59,573 bases of DNA from positions 1 to 59,573 of the forward strand of contig CAYSEI010000001.1 of NCBI GenBank assembly GCA_964430265.1. Reading direction: 5' to 3'. Below the pieces are notes generated by a model. That model was not told the DNA's origin. It was given only the letters and a program-made list of their open reading frames with translations, and did not search any database. The translations under genes and the position numbers were made by a program. The stretch's first letter is position 1. Every line of letters begins with the position of its first letter. The DNA comes from an uncultured Pseudomonadales bacterium. GTDB taxonomy: Bacteria > Patescibacteriota > Microgenomatia > UBA1400 > CAYXSR01. Shown piece after piece: positions 46,501-54,612 of this stretch.

Positions 46501-49002
46501 GATTTGCTTCTGGCTGGTTTAGCAGAGCAAATGACCGAGAGTCAAAAAGAAATAGTGGGTTTTGTTTTGCCGCACAGTTTTTCTGCAGAAGCAGTTAATG
46601 CCGGAAGGGGGAAAAACGCTTTTGACTATCAGGGTTATAATTCTGCCAAAAGATTAAATTCTAAAGGGAAGTATCAAGAGTTAGTTGATTTTTTTCAAGG
46701 GAAAGGAAGGTTGAAAGAAATTTTTCCTGATATTTTGGCTAGGAGGTATTCTTATGGGAGCCAAGCAAAGCCCGTAGATTCCGAAAGTGAACTTCCTAGG
46801 TTCATAAGTTCAGATTTTGAAGCAAGAAGAAGAGCTATTAAAGGTAATCCTGCTCAAAGATATTTTGGCAAAGAATTACTAAAAAAAGAAGATCGATTAT
46901 TTGATTTAGGAGTTGATCTAGATAAAAGAATAGGATTATTAACAGAAACAGCTCCGCACCATTCGCCTGTTCGGGATACTTATGTGGAATTTATGCTTAA
47001 AGACAGTTTTTCAGAAGCGGAAACAGCTGAAAAGAGGTATGAAGCAGCGTGTATATTAATGCCGCTTTTTTCCGAGGGATGTCAGTTTAAAGATCCGTAT
47101 AACCTGCAAATGTTGAGGGATGAGATAAGTTTGACAGCAGATTTTTACGCTGATCCGGAGGCTGCATTGCAAGTAGTTTTAAATTATCTTCCGGAGTCTG
47201 GTCTGGCAAGAAACTATTTTCTAGACCAAATTGAAGAAAGATCCTCTTTGACTCCCGATCAAATAGAAAAAATTATTAGTTTGCGTATTACAGAAGAAGG
47301 TCAGAGCAAAGGAGAAAAGGGGTACGAGGCTGGTCCGGGTCCTTTTGTAATGAATCTGCTTGCCGAGCAAAATCGGGAAGAAAAATGTAAAACTGTTTTA
47401 TGGTTGTTACAAGCTTCGGAAAAAAAACCTTTAGCTGTTGAAAAAACGGAACAAAATCAGGACGGCAGTTTGGACAGTTTTAAAAATATGTTTACCCAGT
47501 TAACTCCGCCTGAAAGGGAAGTTTTGCTTCGTAGGCTCTTTTTAGGGGCAGAGGGAATATTAGACTTGGAAGCAGTTTCTGATGAGTATTTAGGAGAAGC
47601 AGAGAAACTTAGGGATAATTTTTTAAAGTCTTTATCAGATCATTTTATTTCTGGAGAGACACAAAGCGAACAAGTTTTTCGTTCGATATTTAAAACCGTT
47701 TTTCAAAAGGCGGAACCGGCCAAAGCCGCTCATATGATGAATAATATTATTAATATTTCTTTAGAGCATATCCGGACTGGAGAGAGTTTTACTACTGCAG
47801 AATTAGTAGCCAGTTTCTTAAGTCAGATGGGGGTGGTTGGTAAAAAAGTTGCACAGTCTTTGTCCGAAATGGAATGGGTGCCAGAAAATTACAAAAAAGA
47901 ATTACATCGCAGTCAGGAAGAGGCAGAGAGCCTGCCTAAAAGAGCCTTGTATGTTTTTGCAGAAGCAGAGGGGTTATTAGAAGAAGATGCGGATATGCAG
48001 ATTGTTAGTTTTGACAAACTTTTGGGTGCGGCTTCTAATAAGCAGGCCTGTTTGTTGACGGTTAAGGTTGATACTCAAGAAAAAGCAGAAACATTGGGTG
48101 TAGAAGTAGGGCAGACAACCCAAGTTGTTGGTAAGTTTAAACGTCCTTCTGCACAAAAAGAAACTAATATTGAACATGACTTAGAGTTATTGACTGAGGT
48201 GGTAGAAACAATCCGTTCGTATGGGCAAGATATTAGTCTTCCACCGGGTTTTTCCGATCAGATAGGGATGGCAGTCAAGCAAGAATTGGACTTTAAAAGG
48301 GAAGAAAAATTTGCGCAAAAACTCCGTAATGATATTCAAAGGAGAAACAAGTATAAAGGCTATACAGTTGGGATTCCGCAGATTTTGTTTTCCTCTCAGG
48401 ATTTAGTTTTGGAAACCCGCGCATCAGGCATATCTGTACGTGAATTTATTGATCAAAAGATTTTGGGTTTGGGATCTGTTAATGCAGTTATTTTAAGAGA
48501 ATTTCTTGCAGAAATTTTATTGAGTGGGAATATTCAAGCAGATGGGCATCCGGGAAATATTTTTGTTAATGCGGAAAATAAAAAAATTACAATGATTGAT
48601 TTGGGTATGCATACTGGTCTGGAAAGTGAAAAGATAATTTATGCTAGAGAAATACTGATAGGCATAGCTTTAGGTAAAAAAAGTATTGTTCACAGGGCCT
48701 TAAGAAAATTTGATTGGGATATACCTAAGCAAGCTTTAGATTTTAAACCAGTAAGCTTTTTAGAAAATTCAAGGCTTTTACTTGCTGCCAGTAAGCAAGC
48801 ACAAACACCGCCGCCGCATGATTTAGGAATGGTAATCTTTGCTCTATCAAAACTATCACCTTATTTTAAAGGAGTTTCGCCGAAAGAGATTTTTACGATT
48901 ATTAAAGAATCAATACCGCCGTCTCAATGGCGCTTGCATGCGGAAATAATTGGAATTGAAGAAGGAGTTTCTGGATTAGAAAAAATAAGGAATAAAATAT
49001 AA
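43531..49002 (+). CDS. 1823-aa multidomain protein: N-terminal M48-type zinc peptidase domain, ~1300-aa helical middle, C-terminal ABC1/UbiB-like atypical kinase domain
   Basis: IISHELEHEETN (HExxH), EEMRADTEGMENMARAGYNPEAM, TSHPETIDRIRHLE (M48-type pattern). C-terminus: LLGAASNKQACLL, KFKRPSAQKETNIEHDLELL, QELDFKREEKFAQKL, IQADGHPGNIFV...ITMIDLGM (ABC1 pattern aaAS..QV / ELDF..E / HaDpHPGN / DFG). No signal peptide or TM noticed. Confidence 0.7.
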   Translation: MEDQLEKNIKPIEKESFPTEPSESLDKKVSTRVKEQESLPVYSVSESEKTASNLDINSRMEKKLWRMGEVLAQEHQFSQMLVKVGRKLEQPEDCQIVALDSASAEAFYSNRDNLVVFSRGLAKKLISQGVELKEDHIAAIISHELEHEETNKRLNPGFAFDLSYKKKMRMQSEEMRADTEGMENMARAGYNPEAMIDVYKAIGLTSGRYGTSHPETIDRIRHLETRLTDDEHPIPSVGKEMTDVDEDLIKYFTDETQVYQESERLCSLSANQLQEEILDTEFQEEFWALYPMERHARRVEYGKALAGGNRDLQRLVKKQLLFRLLSTRSSGHGGRETCRLFIDGELQPEMEGELIKELREESAFITRSVKNSHLAYIFDMETGSSHFLRAMDYRGNLPEADVEDPVKASFQERIEKAEAALDEILSRQFEILEKKLADGELPDYYKAHLERIKQELNSTAVIPSADVMASAFDFLDRRVVEDNLRKGNELRRKRGLRLQGPNKSDTVDFNDLAERQHVFNAACLSTAIFMLEEIPENQITWAHLNEVLENSTELSEIEIELIAEYIFHQNEQEWVKYLGSVDRKYLPDLQKKLRAVKDEGEIRLSPRKLGAGQRISLSKCDRIDSIKNELHYKYGYLPHPFSDERGKRNALRVLRAMPAWEMYKRSCPLKNQDVFNNHYWDGVGISMDADEFEFIYYTLQRDGSDVSNLKVKYQIWSGVLRKGIDRLKQGEPLSEGELQIISSINNFTTNGLRDYGIPYRISFEEMDLLYENIPWVEGERAVKVLDWIEQEFRYEPKVKELTPEQQKRFEKMLFEIYENYPELEESFIEGRYVPYREHRAKDMIAGFLLNLKLHEIGFPREYPEVEISREDEEEVINVLNELGEKGIRISNLACINSPVQLFFEQGSEENLLRLANDFADKSVIENEKLSFSEALRLASVTPERNERYKKKDLLAGFSIYPETIDEIFKDRGYAEGIDWVLNNFHSSSIRDLLLAGLAEQMTESQKEIVGFVLPHSFSAEAVNAGRGKNAFDYQGYNSAKRLNSKGKYQELVDFFQGKGRLKEIFPDILARRYSYGSQAKPVDSESELPRFISSDFEARRRAIKGNPAQRYFGKELLKKEDRLFDLGVDLDKRIGLLTETAPHHSPVRDTYVEFMLKDSFSEAETAEKRYEAACILMPLFSEGCQFKDPYNLQMLRDEISLTADFYADPEAALQVVLNYLPESGLARNYFLDQIEERSSLTPDQIEKIISLRITEEGQSKGEKGYEAGPGPFVMNLLAEQNREEKCKTVLWLLQASEKKPLAVEKTEQNQDGSLDSFKNMFTQLTPPEREVLLRRLFLGAEGILDLEAVSDEYLGEAEKLRDNFLKSLSDHFISGETQSEQVFRSIFKTVFQKAEPAKAAHMMNNIINISLEHIRTGESFTTAELVASFLSQMGVVGKKVAQSLSEMEWVPENYKKELHRSQEEAESLPKRALYVFAEAEGLLEEDADMQIVSFDKLLGAASNKQACLLTVKVDTQEKAETLGVEVGQTTQVVGKFKRPSAQKETNIEHDLELLTEVVETIRSYGQDISLPPGFSDQIGMAVKQELDFKREEKFAQKLRNDIQRRNKYKGYTVGIPQILFSSQDLVLETRASGISVREFIDQKILGLGSVNAVILREFLAEILLSGNIQADGHPGNIFVNAENKKITMIDLGMHTGLESEKIIYAREILIGIALGKKSIVHRALRKFDWDIPKQALDFKPVSFLENSRLLLAASKQAQTPPPHDLGMVIFALSKLSPYFKGVSPKEIFTIIKESIPPSQWRLHAEIIGIEEGVSGLEKIRNKI

Positions 49003-49108
49003 TTGCTGACACACATTTATAAACACCCTTTGTAAAAATATAAAGGATACTTATCATTCAGTAATTTTGGATTTATTTGGGTTTCATGATACAATTCTGC
49101 TGTAAAAA

Positions 49109-50218
49109 ATGACACCCGAAATTGATGTTCGCTCCATATTAATTGAAGAAGGCTTGATAGCGACCGACGGCTCTGACTATTCTTCTAATGAAATTTCTGA
49201 ACCCGAAGAATTGTTTTTAGAAGAACCGGAGAATGGAGACAACCATAGCAACACTAGGCTGGAAGACACAGAATTGTCCTGTATTAATTTAATGATACAC
49301 GGTAAAAGCGAATTCTATAAGGGCAGGCTATTGACCCGAGAAGAAGAAGCAAGCTTGGGAAGAAGGATCCAGGCGGGAATAAGAGCGGAAAGGATTTTGC
49401 AAAGAAACAGCCATCTCTTAGAAGAAAAGCAAACAAAAGGATTGGAAAATGTGATTGAAATAGGAGGGAAAGCTGTTAAAGAATTAGCGGCAAACAATAT
49501 TGGCTTAGTAGTAAATATTGCAGGAAGATATAAGCATTATCAGGAAGAGAGGGGATTGAAGTTTGCCGACGTTATTGAAAACGGACATATAGGTCTTATG
49601 ATTGCAACAAGAAAATTTGATCCTGAAAAAGGGAACAAATTTTCTACTTATGCAACCTGGTGGATTAGAAACTCAATTAACAGAGAATTCAGAAATACCA
49701 GCAGTACGGTTCGTATTCCCTACAACATGCATACACAATTAAGAAAATATTTGCAAACACTTCGAGAATTGTTTCCTGAAGGAGAAGTAGATGAAGAAGC
49801 TTTAAGACAAGAAATGGGATTGACTAAAAGAGAAATAAAATCTAGGAGGCAAGCGCTTAAAATGCTGAGAGTGGAAAGTTTAAATGAACCGATTAATGAA
49901 GATAAGGATTCAGATGAATTTGGTGATTTTATTGAAGACAGGACAAACAGATTTCCAGATCCGGAACAAAATGCAATTAGCAGTTTGATGGAGGAAGATG
50001 TTAAAAGTGCTTTACTAGACATTGACCCACGCTCAGCAAGGATTATTAGGATGAGGTACGGAATGGACAAATACGAACCGCACACTTTAGGAGAAGTAGG
50101 AGATAAATTGGGATTGACTAGAGAGAGAATCAGGCAATTAGAAGCAAAAGGTTTGAGAGAATTAAGACATCCAAGAATTAAAAGAAAACTCAAAGGCTAT
50201 ATTGAAAATTTAAATTAA
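49109..50218 (+). CDS. Sigma-70 family factor (RpoD-like, divergent N-terminus)
   Basis: 369 aa. Region 2: FADVIENGHIGLMIATRKFDPEKGNKFSTYATWWIRNSINREF. Region 4: TLGEVGDKLGLTRERIRQLEAKGLRELR. Confidence 0.8.
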   Translation: MTPEIDVRSILIEEGLIATDGSDYSSNEISEPEELFLEEPENGDNHSNTRLEDTELSCINLMIHGKSEFYKGRLLTREEEASLGRRIQAGIRAERILQRNSHLLEEKQTKGLENVIEIGGKAVKELAANNIGLVVNIAGRYKHYQEERGLKFADVIENGHIGLMIATRKFDPEKGNKFSTYATWWIRNSINREFRNTSSTVRIPYNMHTQLRKYLQTLRELFPEGEVDEEALRQEMGLTKREIKSRRQALKMLRVESLNEPINEDKDSDEFGDFIEDRTNRFPDPEQNAISSLMEEDVKSALLDIDPRSARIIRMRYGMDKYEPHTLGEVGDKLGLTRERIRQLEAKGLRELRHPRIKRKLKGYIENLN

Positions 50219-50270
50219 TGATTTATAGAATATGTTTTATACAATTATTAGGTGGTGATAAAATCAGTTT

Positions 50271-51287
50271 GTGCTAGAAAAAGAAGAGTTTTTAACTAAC
50301 CAGAACATGGATAAAGGAAATAAAATTAATCCTCTAGAAAATATTAACCCGCACAATACTGTAAGTTTGTATTTAAAAGAGATTGAGCAGATCCCTTTAT
50401 TAGAACACAAACAAGAACTGCAGCTGGCAAGACAGATTCAAAATGGAGAAAAAGCAAAAAAAGATTTAGATAATAGTGAAGTACAGCTTACAGATGATGA
50501 AATTTTGGAACTAAAGTTAAGAAAAGCAATCGGTGATCAGGCAGTAAATATTTTGGTTAGACATAATTTAAGACTAGTAGTAGCTGAAGCAAAAAAACGC
50601 CGGGGAGAAGGTATTCCTTTTTTAGACCTAATACAGGAAGGTAATATTGGTCTGCAAAAAGCCGCCAGAAAGTTTGATCCGGAGAAAGGATACATGTTTT
50701 CTACTTATGCAACATGTTGGATAAAAGGAGAGATTGGGAGGGGAATAGACAGGCAGTCCAGGAAAATTAGGATACCGGTGCATGCAAGAGATGAAATACA
50801 GAGGATGTATAGAGTAATATCTCGTTTAGAGCAGAAAAGCGGCCAAAAACCCTCTAATGAAGAACTTGCAAAAGAATTAGGTTGGAATGAAGAAAGGGTA
50901 AAAGACAGAAAAAAACAAAGCCAAGGTGTTATATCTTTGGACAGACCTTTAGGCGAAGCAGCAGATGCGGAATTATTTGGGGATGTTCTTGAAGATCAAT
51001 ATGCAACTGATCCGCAAAAATTGATGGAAACAAGAAGTGAGATTAGAGAGATTCTTACACTTGTAAACCGCTTAAAAGAAAATTATAGAAAAGTAATTGA
51101 GTACAGATATGGAATATTTGATGGAGAATACCGTACGCAGAAGGAAGTGGGAGATATACTTGGATTATCAAAACAAAGGATAAGCCAGATAGAAAAGGCG
51201 GCTAAAGAAAGGATTGTTTTTTGGATAAAAAAATTAGCAAGAGAAGCAAGAAAAAAGAGGAATTTAAAATATGAGTGCAGAAAGTGA
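50271..51287 (+). CDS. Sigma-70 family factor (RpoD-like, with canonical region 1.2)
   Basis: 338 aa from GTG (AGGTGGTGA SD upstream). VSLYLKEIEQIPLLEHKQELQLARQIQNGE. FLDLIQEGNIGLQKAARKFDPEKGYMFSTYATCWIKGEIGR. TQKEVGDILGLSKQRISQIEKAA. Confidence 0.8.
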   Translation: MLEKEEFLTNQNMDKGNKINPLENINPHNTVSLYLKEIEQIPLLEHKQELQLARQIQNGEKAKKDLDNSEVQLTDDEILELKLRKAIGDQAVNILVRHNLRLVVAEAKKRRGEGIPFLDLIQEGNIGLQKAARKFDPEKGYMFSTYATCWIKGEIGRGIDRQSRKIRIPVHARDEIQRMYRVISRLEQKSGQKPSNEELAKELGWNEERVKDRKKQSQGVISLDRPLGEAADAELFGDVLEDQYATDPQKLMETRSEIREILTLVNRLKENYRKVIEYRYGIFDGEYRTQKEVGDILGLSKQRISQIEKAAKERIVFWIKKLAREARKKRNLKYECRK

Positions 51288-51417
51288 AGTTGTCAGAGGT
51301 TCATATGTTCCCTTAATGCCTGTTAATTCAGAGCAAGAGGGGAATAGCTTCAAAGTATTTTTCGAGCAGAACTGGAAGAAATGGGATGCCTGCCTAGATA
51401 TTTTAACTTAATGCAAT

Positions 51418-52014
51418 ATGAAAGGGGATCATGCATCAGAAAAATTGGTTTATGAAGATAATGGACAAAGAATTGAAATAGAGGACAGCAATGAAAAAAT
51501 AGTTTTTAAATATACTGAAGAGGAAACAAGGGAAGATGCCAGTTTACGTTTGGAAGGGTATAAATTAGACGGCAGCTTCCACTTTATATATGCATATGAG
51601 GATAAAAGGGCAATAATGCGTTTTTCAGGGATGGACATACAATTTTTAGGTAATGTACAAAGAGAGGATTATGACAGGCTTTTAAAACTGATAAATCCAG
51701 ATTTTGATCCAGAAGAAAACACAACCTTTTCTGTTGGGAAAACGGATTTAATTAATATAGTTTTGGGAATGATGAGAAAAGATAGCCCGGTCATGATGGG
51801 CCAATTAAGTTTAGCAGAAAAGCAAGTAATGATTGCTGTAAACGGTTCTGGAACAATAGGAAAAGAAATAAATAAAAGAACAAATCTGCTTGGGAAAATG
51901 CATTTAAATGAAAACCGGCTTTTTCCTGAAACTAAAGGTTATATGGATTTGTATCATGAAGAAAAAAAACTTCATTATGGGTTAGGGGGGAAGCTGTGCC
52001 AATTGAGGCACTGA
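51418..52014 (+). CDS. Hypothetical protein
   Basis: 198 aa, no motif recognised. Confidence 0.45.
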   Translation: MKGDHASEKLVYEDNGQRIEIEDSNEKIVFKYTEEETREDASLRLEGYKLDGSFHFIYAYEDKRAIMRFSGMDIQFLGNVQREDYDRLLKLINPDFDPEENTTFSVGKTDLINIVLGMMRKDSPVMMGQLSLAEKQVMIAVNGSGTIGKEINKRTNLLGKMHLNENRLFPETKGYMDLYHEEKKLHYGLGGKLCQLRH

Positions 52015-52214
52015 CTAGTAGCATTAACAGGTGTGGAATACTGGCATTATCCTCAACAGAAACAAATCATTTATTGGTTTATTTAACTTTACCCGATGCC
52101 AGAAGTGTTGAACTTGGATACTCTGAAAACGGAAAAATATTAAATAGCAGTGCTAATAAAAATGCATTTAAACAAGCACTTTTTTTGCTTGAAAGTAAAC
52201 CAAAAGATTTATGA
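51996..52214 (+). CDS. Hypothetical small protein (weak)
   Basis: 72 aa, overlaps the previous ORF by 19 nt. No further support. Confidence 0.25.
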   Translation: MPIEALTSSINRCGILALSSTETNHLLVYLTLPDARSVELGYSENGKILNSSANKNAFKQALFLLESKPKDL

Positions 52215-52299
52215 AACTTTTTTGAATTTATAAACTTTGTTTTAGATGCTTCAGAATAAATTTCTGGGATCGTTAAGAATTTTTAAAAAATGTGATATT

Positions 52300-52713
52300 T
52301 TAAGGCTCCAGGCGTTTTAAAAACTTAAACCTATCAAAATCTTTATCATAAGAATAGATTTGTTTAATCTTGTTGTTTTTTATCCAGGCAGCGCTGAGAG
52401 CGACTTCAAAATCAATATTTTCTTCAGAGTAAATTTTCAATGCTTGTAAAAACGTATTTTTAAAGTCTATTTTTAGTCCGGGAATATTGATTATTGGAAG
52501 AAGTAGATCATAAATTTTTTTTCTTTTAAGATTGTAAAGCTTTTTAGAAGAGAGGATATAAACAACTTCTGACAAAACAGATTCACTAGTAGTTAATATA
52601 ATTTCTTTTTTATCCGCTTTTTTAAATAGATTTAGGCATTTTTCTGCTTTTTGTTTATCGTCTGCTGTCAACAGGCGGATGAAAATATTAGTATCAACAA
52701 ACTTAGCCGGCAT
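52300..52713 (-). CDS. vapC: PIN-domain toxin (VapC-like)
   Basis: Preferred start MPAKFVDTNIFIRLL (Asp in DTN). Later acidic residues ...SESVLSEV..., ...YSYDKDFD. The track ORF is extended upstream to 52794. Confidence 0.7.
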   Translation of the reverse strand: MPAKFVDTNIFIRLLTADDKQKAEKCLNLFKKADKKEIILTTSESVLSEVVYILSSKKLYNLKRKKIYDLLLPIINIPGLKIDFKNTFLQALKIYSEENIDFEVALSAAWIKNNKIKQIYSYDKDFDRFKFLKRLEP

Positions 52714-52957
52714 TTTCCAGCCTTTCTTCTCGAGCAGTTTTTCTTTGTTCTGAAAAGCTTTTATTAATTGGTTTGACTGCGCCAAAAACTTCATCCAAAG
52801 AATATTTTGGTGTTTTAATAATTGCTTTCTGATCAGAGATAAACTTGATTATTACTTTTTTCTGTTTATCCAAACCAAGTTTTTTCCTAATTTTTATAGG
52901 GATGGTAATTTGACCCTTTTGGCTAACGGGAACAGTATATGTATTGCTTCTAACCAT
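52703..52957 (-). CDS. vapB: AbrB/SpoVT-fold antitoxin (VapB-like)
   Basis: 84 aa. VPVSQKGQITIPIKIRKKLGL. Overlaps the vapC start by 11 nt. Confidence 0.7.
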   Translation of the reverse strand: MVRSNTYTVPVSQKGQITIPIKIRKKLGLDKQKKVIIKFISDQKAIIKTPKYSLDEVFGAVKPINKSFSEQRKTAREERLENAG

Positions 52958-53016
52958 AATAAGTAAAGAATATCATAAAAGTAAAGAAAAAACAAGAAGT
53001 TTTACATTTAAATTTG

Positions 53017-53090
53017 TCGGGGTGTCGAGACTTGAACTCGAAACCTCTGGCTCCCGATGCCAGCGCGCTACCAAGTTGCGCCACACCCCG
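53017..53090 (-). tRNA. tRNA-Pro (anticodon CGG)
   Basis: Reverse complement: CGGGGUG UG GCGC AACUUGGUA GCGC G CUGGC AU-CGG-GA GCCAG AGGUU UCGAG UUCAAGU CUCGA CACCCCG A. Confidence 0.9.
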
Positions 53091-53110
53091 GATAAATAAA
53101 GATAATTTTG

Positions 53111-53183
53111 TACTCCTACCAGGAATTGAACCTGGATCTGTCGCTTAGGAGGCGACTGCTCTATCCGTTTGAGCTATAGGAGC
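53111..53183 (-). tRNA. tRNA-Arg (anticodon CCU)
   Basis: Reverse complement: GCUCCUA UA GCUC AAACGGAUA GAGC A GUCGC CU-CCU-AA GCGAC AGAU CCAGG UUCAAUU CCUGG UAGGAGU A. Confidence 0.9.
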
Positions 53184-53230
53184 ATATTTATTGATATATT
53201 TTATCACAAAAAAACAGGAGATATTTAACC

Positions 53231-54505
53231 TTATTTTAGACTAATTCCATATATATTAGCCGGAAAAGAACCTTCAGGATTCAAATTAGTTAAAATTAGT
53301 AACTGGCTGCCGTCCGGCCAGGGGTAAACAAAATTTTCTTTAAACCTGCCTGTATATACGGTTACTTTGTTAGTGCCGTCATATTCAAGCAGTTGGATGT
53401 TTTTTTCTTTGATGTCAATTAAATGCTGGGAGGATGGAAACCATTGAAGGGTTTGAACTCTTAAAGGAGAGTAGTGGACAGCAATTTCCCTAAATTTGTC
53501 AATAATAGTTTTTTCTTTTTCTTTTGCCCCGGATTTTACTTCTTCAATATCACTGATAAAAAAGTTTTTATCTTCTTCCAGGTCATAAACATAGATTCTG
53601 TTGGGTTTGATTTCTCTTTCTTCCGGCTGAGTGCTGGTTACCGGCGGGTGTTTTATAATATTCTCCGGAATAGTTGCCGAGGCGGTTGCTGTGTATATAA
53701 TCTTTTTTTCTTCGGGCGCCCAGTAAACGTGTGTGGCAGAAGAAGTGGCAATTTTTTGCATTTCCTCTGGAAGTTTTACCAATTTTTTTTCTTCCCTTAA
53801 TTGAACTTGCTGCTTCCAGTCTTCTAATATAAGTGAAAGCTGGGCTGTTACATCTTTTAAAGTATCTGGATTATTAAAACTATTTGCATCCAATAACAGG
53901 TTATTTTTCTTATTCGAGGCCAATATCTGGGTTCCGTCTGGAGACCAGAACAAGGAGGCATTGCTGTAATTAAATAAATTTGTGTTTTGTGCTATTTGTT
54001 TAGACTGTTCTGAGAAAGAAAGCGGTTTGTTTGTCAGCTCCAGAATCCAAAGCCCATTTTTTAATTTTGCTGATGCCGAAGCAACAGAATAGGCAATTCT
54101 TTGTCCGTCAGGAGATGGAGTAACGTTTGTTGCTCCGGAAAAAGTCAGGGCTTTTAGGTCGGGGACAGAGGGGAAAAGCCTGGCATTTGTTTGTGTGACA
54201 AGAGATTTTCTAATTTTTAATGTTTTTTCCCATGGAATAAAGCCTTCTTTACTGATTTTAACTTGATAGTCGCCGGGGGGAAGGTTTAAAGTGTCGTTGG
54301 TTGCAGTAGTGAGGTTGTTGTCAATATATACCTGGGCGCCGGTAGGGTAGGAGTTAGCTGACAATAATCCGGTTGCAGAGACATTTTTCTTTTTGCTGTC
54401 AAAACGGTATCCCTGGGCAAATTTGATAGCAATATATGTTCCGCCTACAACAAAAGCAATACTGAAAATAGATAATAAAATGGATTTTAATTTGCTCCAG
54501 TTCAT
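53231..54505 (-). CDS. Membrane-anchored PEGA-domain protein with a TolB-like beta-propeller region
   Basis: PEGA: TGAQVYIDNNLTTATNDTLNLPPGDYQVKISKEGFIPWEKTLKI. Repeated PDG..i.y / W.PDG motifs follow. The ATG at 54505 (MNWSKLKSILLSIFSIAFVVGG) is preferred over the track's GTG at 54529. Confidence 0.65.
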   Translation of the reverse strand: MNWSKLKSILLSIFSIAFVVGGTYIAIKFAQGYRFDSKKKNVSATGLLSANSYPTGAQVYIDNNLTTATNDTLNLPPGDYQVKISKEGFIPWEKTLKIRKSLVTQTNARLFPSVPDLKALTFSGATNVTPSPDGQRIAYSVASASAKLKNGLWILELTNKPLSFSEQSKQIAQNTNLFNYSNASLFWSPDGTQILASNKKNNLLLDANSFNNPDTLKDVTAQLSLILEDWKQQVQLREEKKLVKLPEEMQKIATSSATHVYWAPEEKKIIYTATASATIPENIIKHPPVTSTQPEEREIKPNRIYVYDLEEDKNFFISDIEEVKSGAKEKEKTIIDKFREIAVHYSPLRVQTLQWFPSSQHLIDIKEKNIQLLEYDGTNKVTVYTGRFKENFVYPWPDGSQLLILTNLNPEGSFPANIYGISLK

Positions 54506-54612
54506 AAATACTATTATACATAATAACACGGTTTTGAGAAACCACGGAAGAAATAGCTTTTTTTTATTCCACGTTCTAGATTATAGAAGCAAAGTTATAT
54601 ATAATAAAAGTT

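Noticed and set aside
51271-51411. 46-aa ORF (MSAESEVVRGSYVPLMPVNSEQEGNSFKVFFEQNWKKWDACLDILT) overlapping the end of the second sigma gene.
   Set aside because: It is plausible as a coupled small gene. There is no SD, motif or conservation evidence available, so it is too weak to report as a feature.
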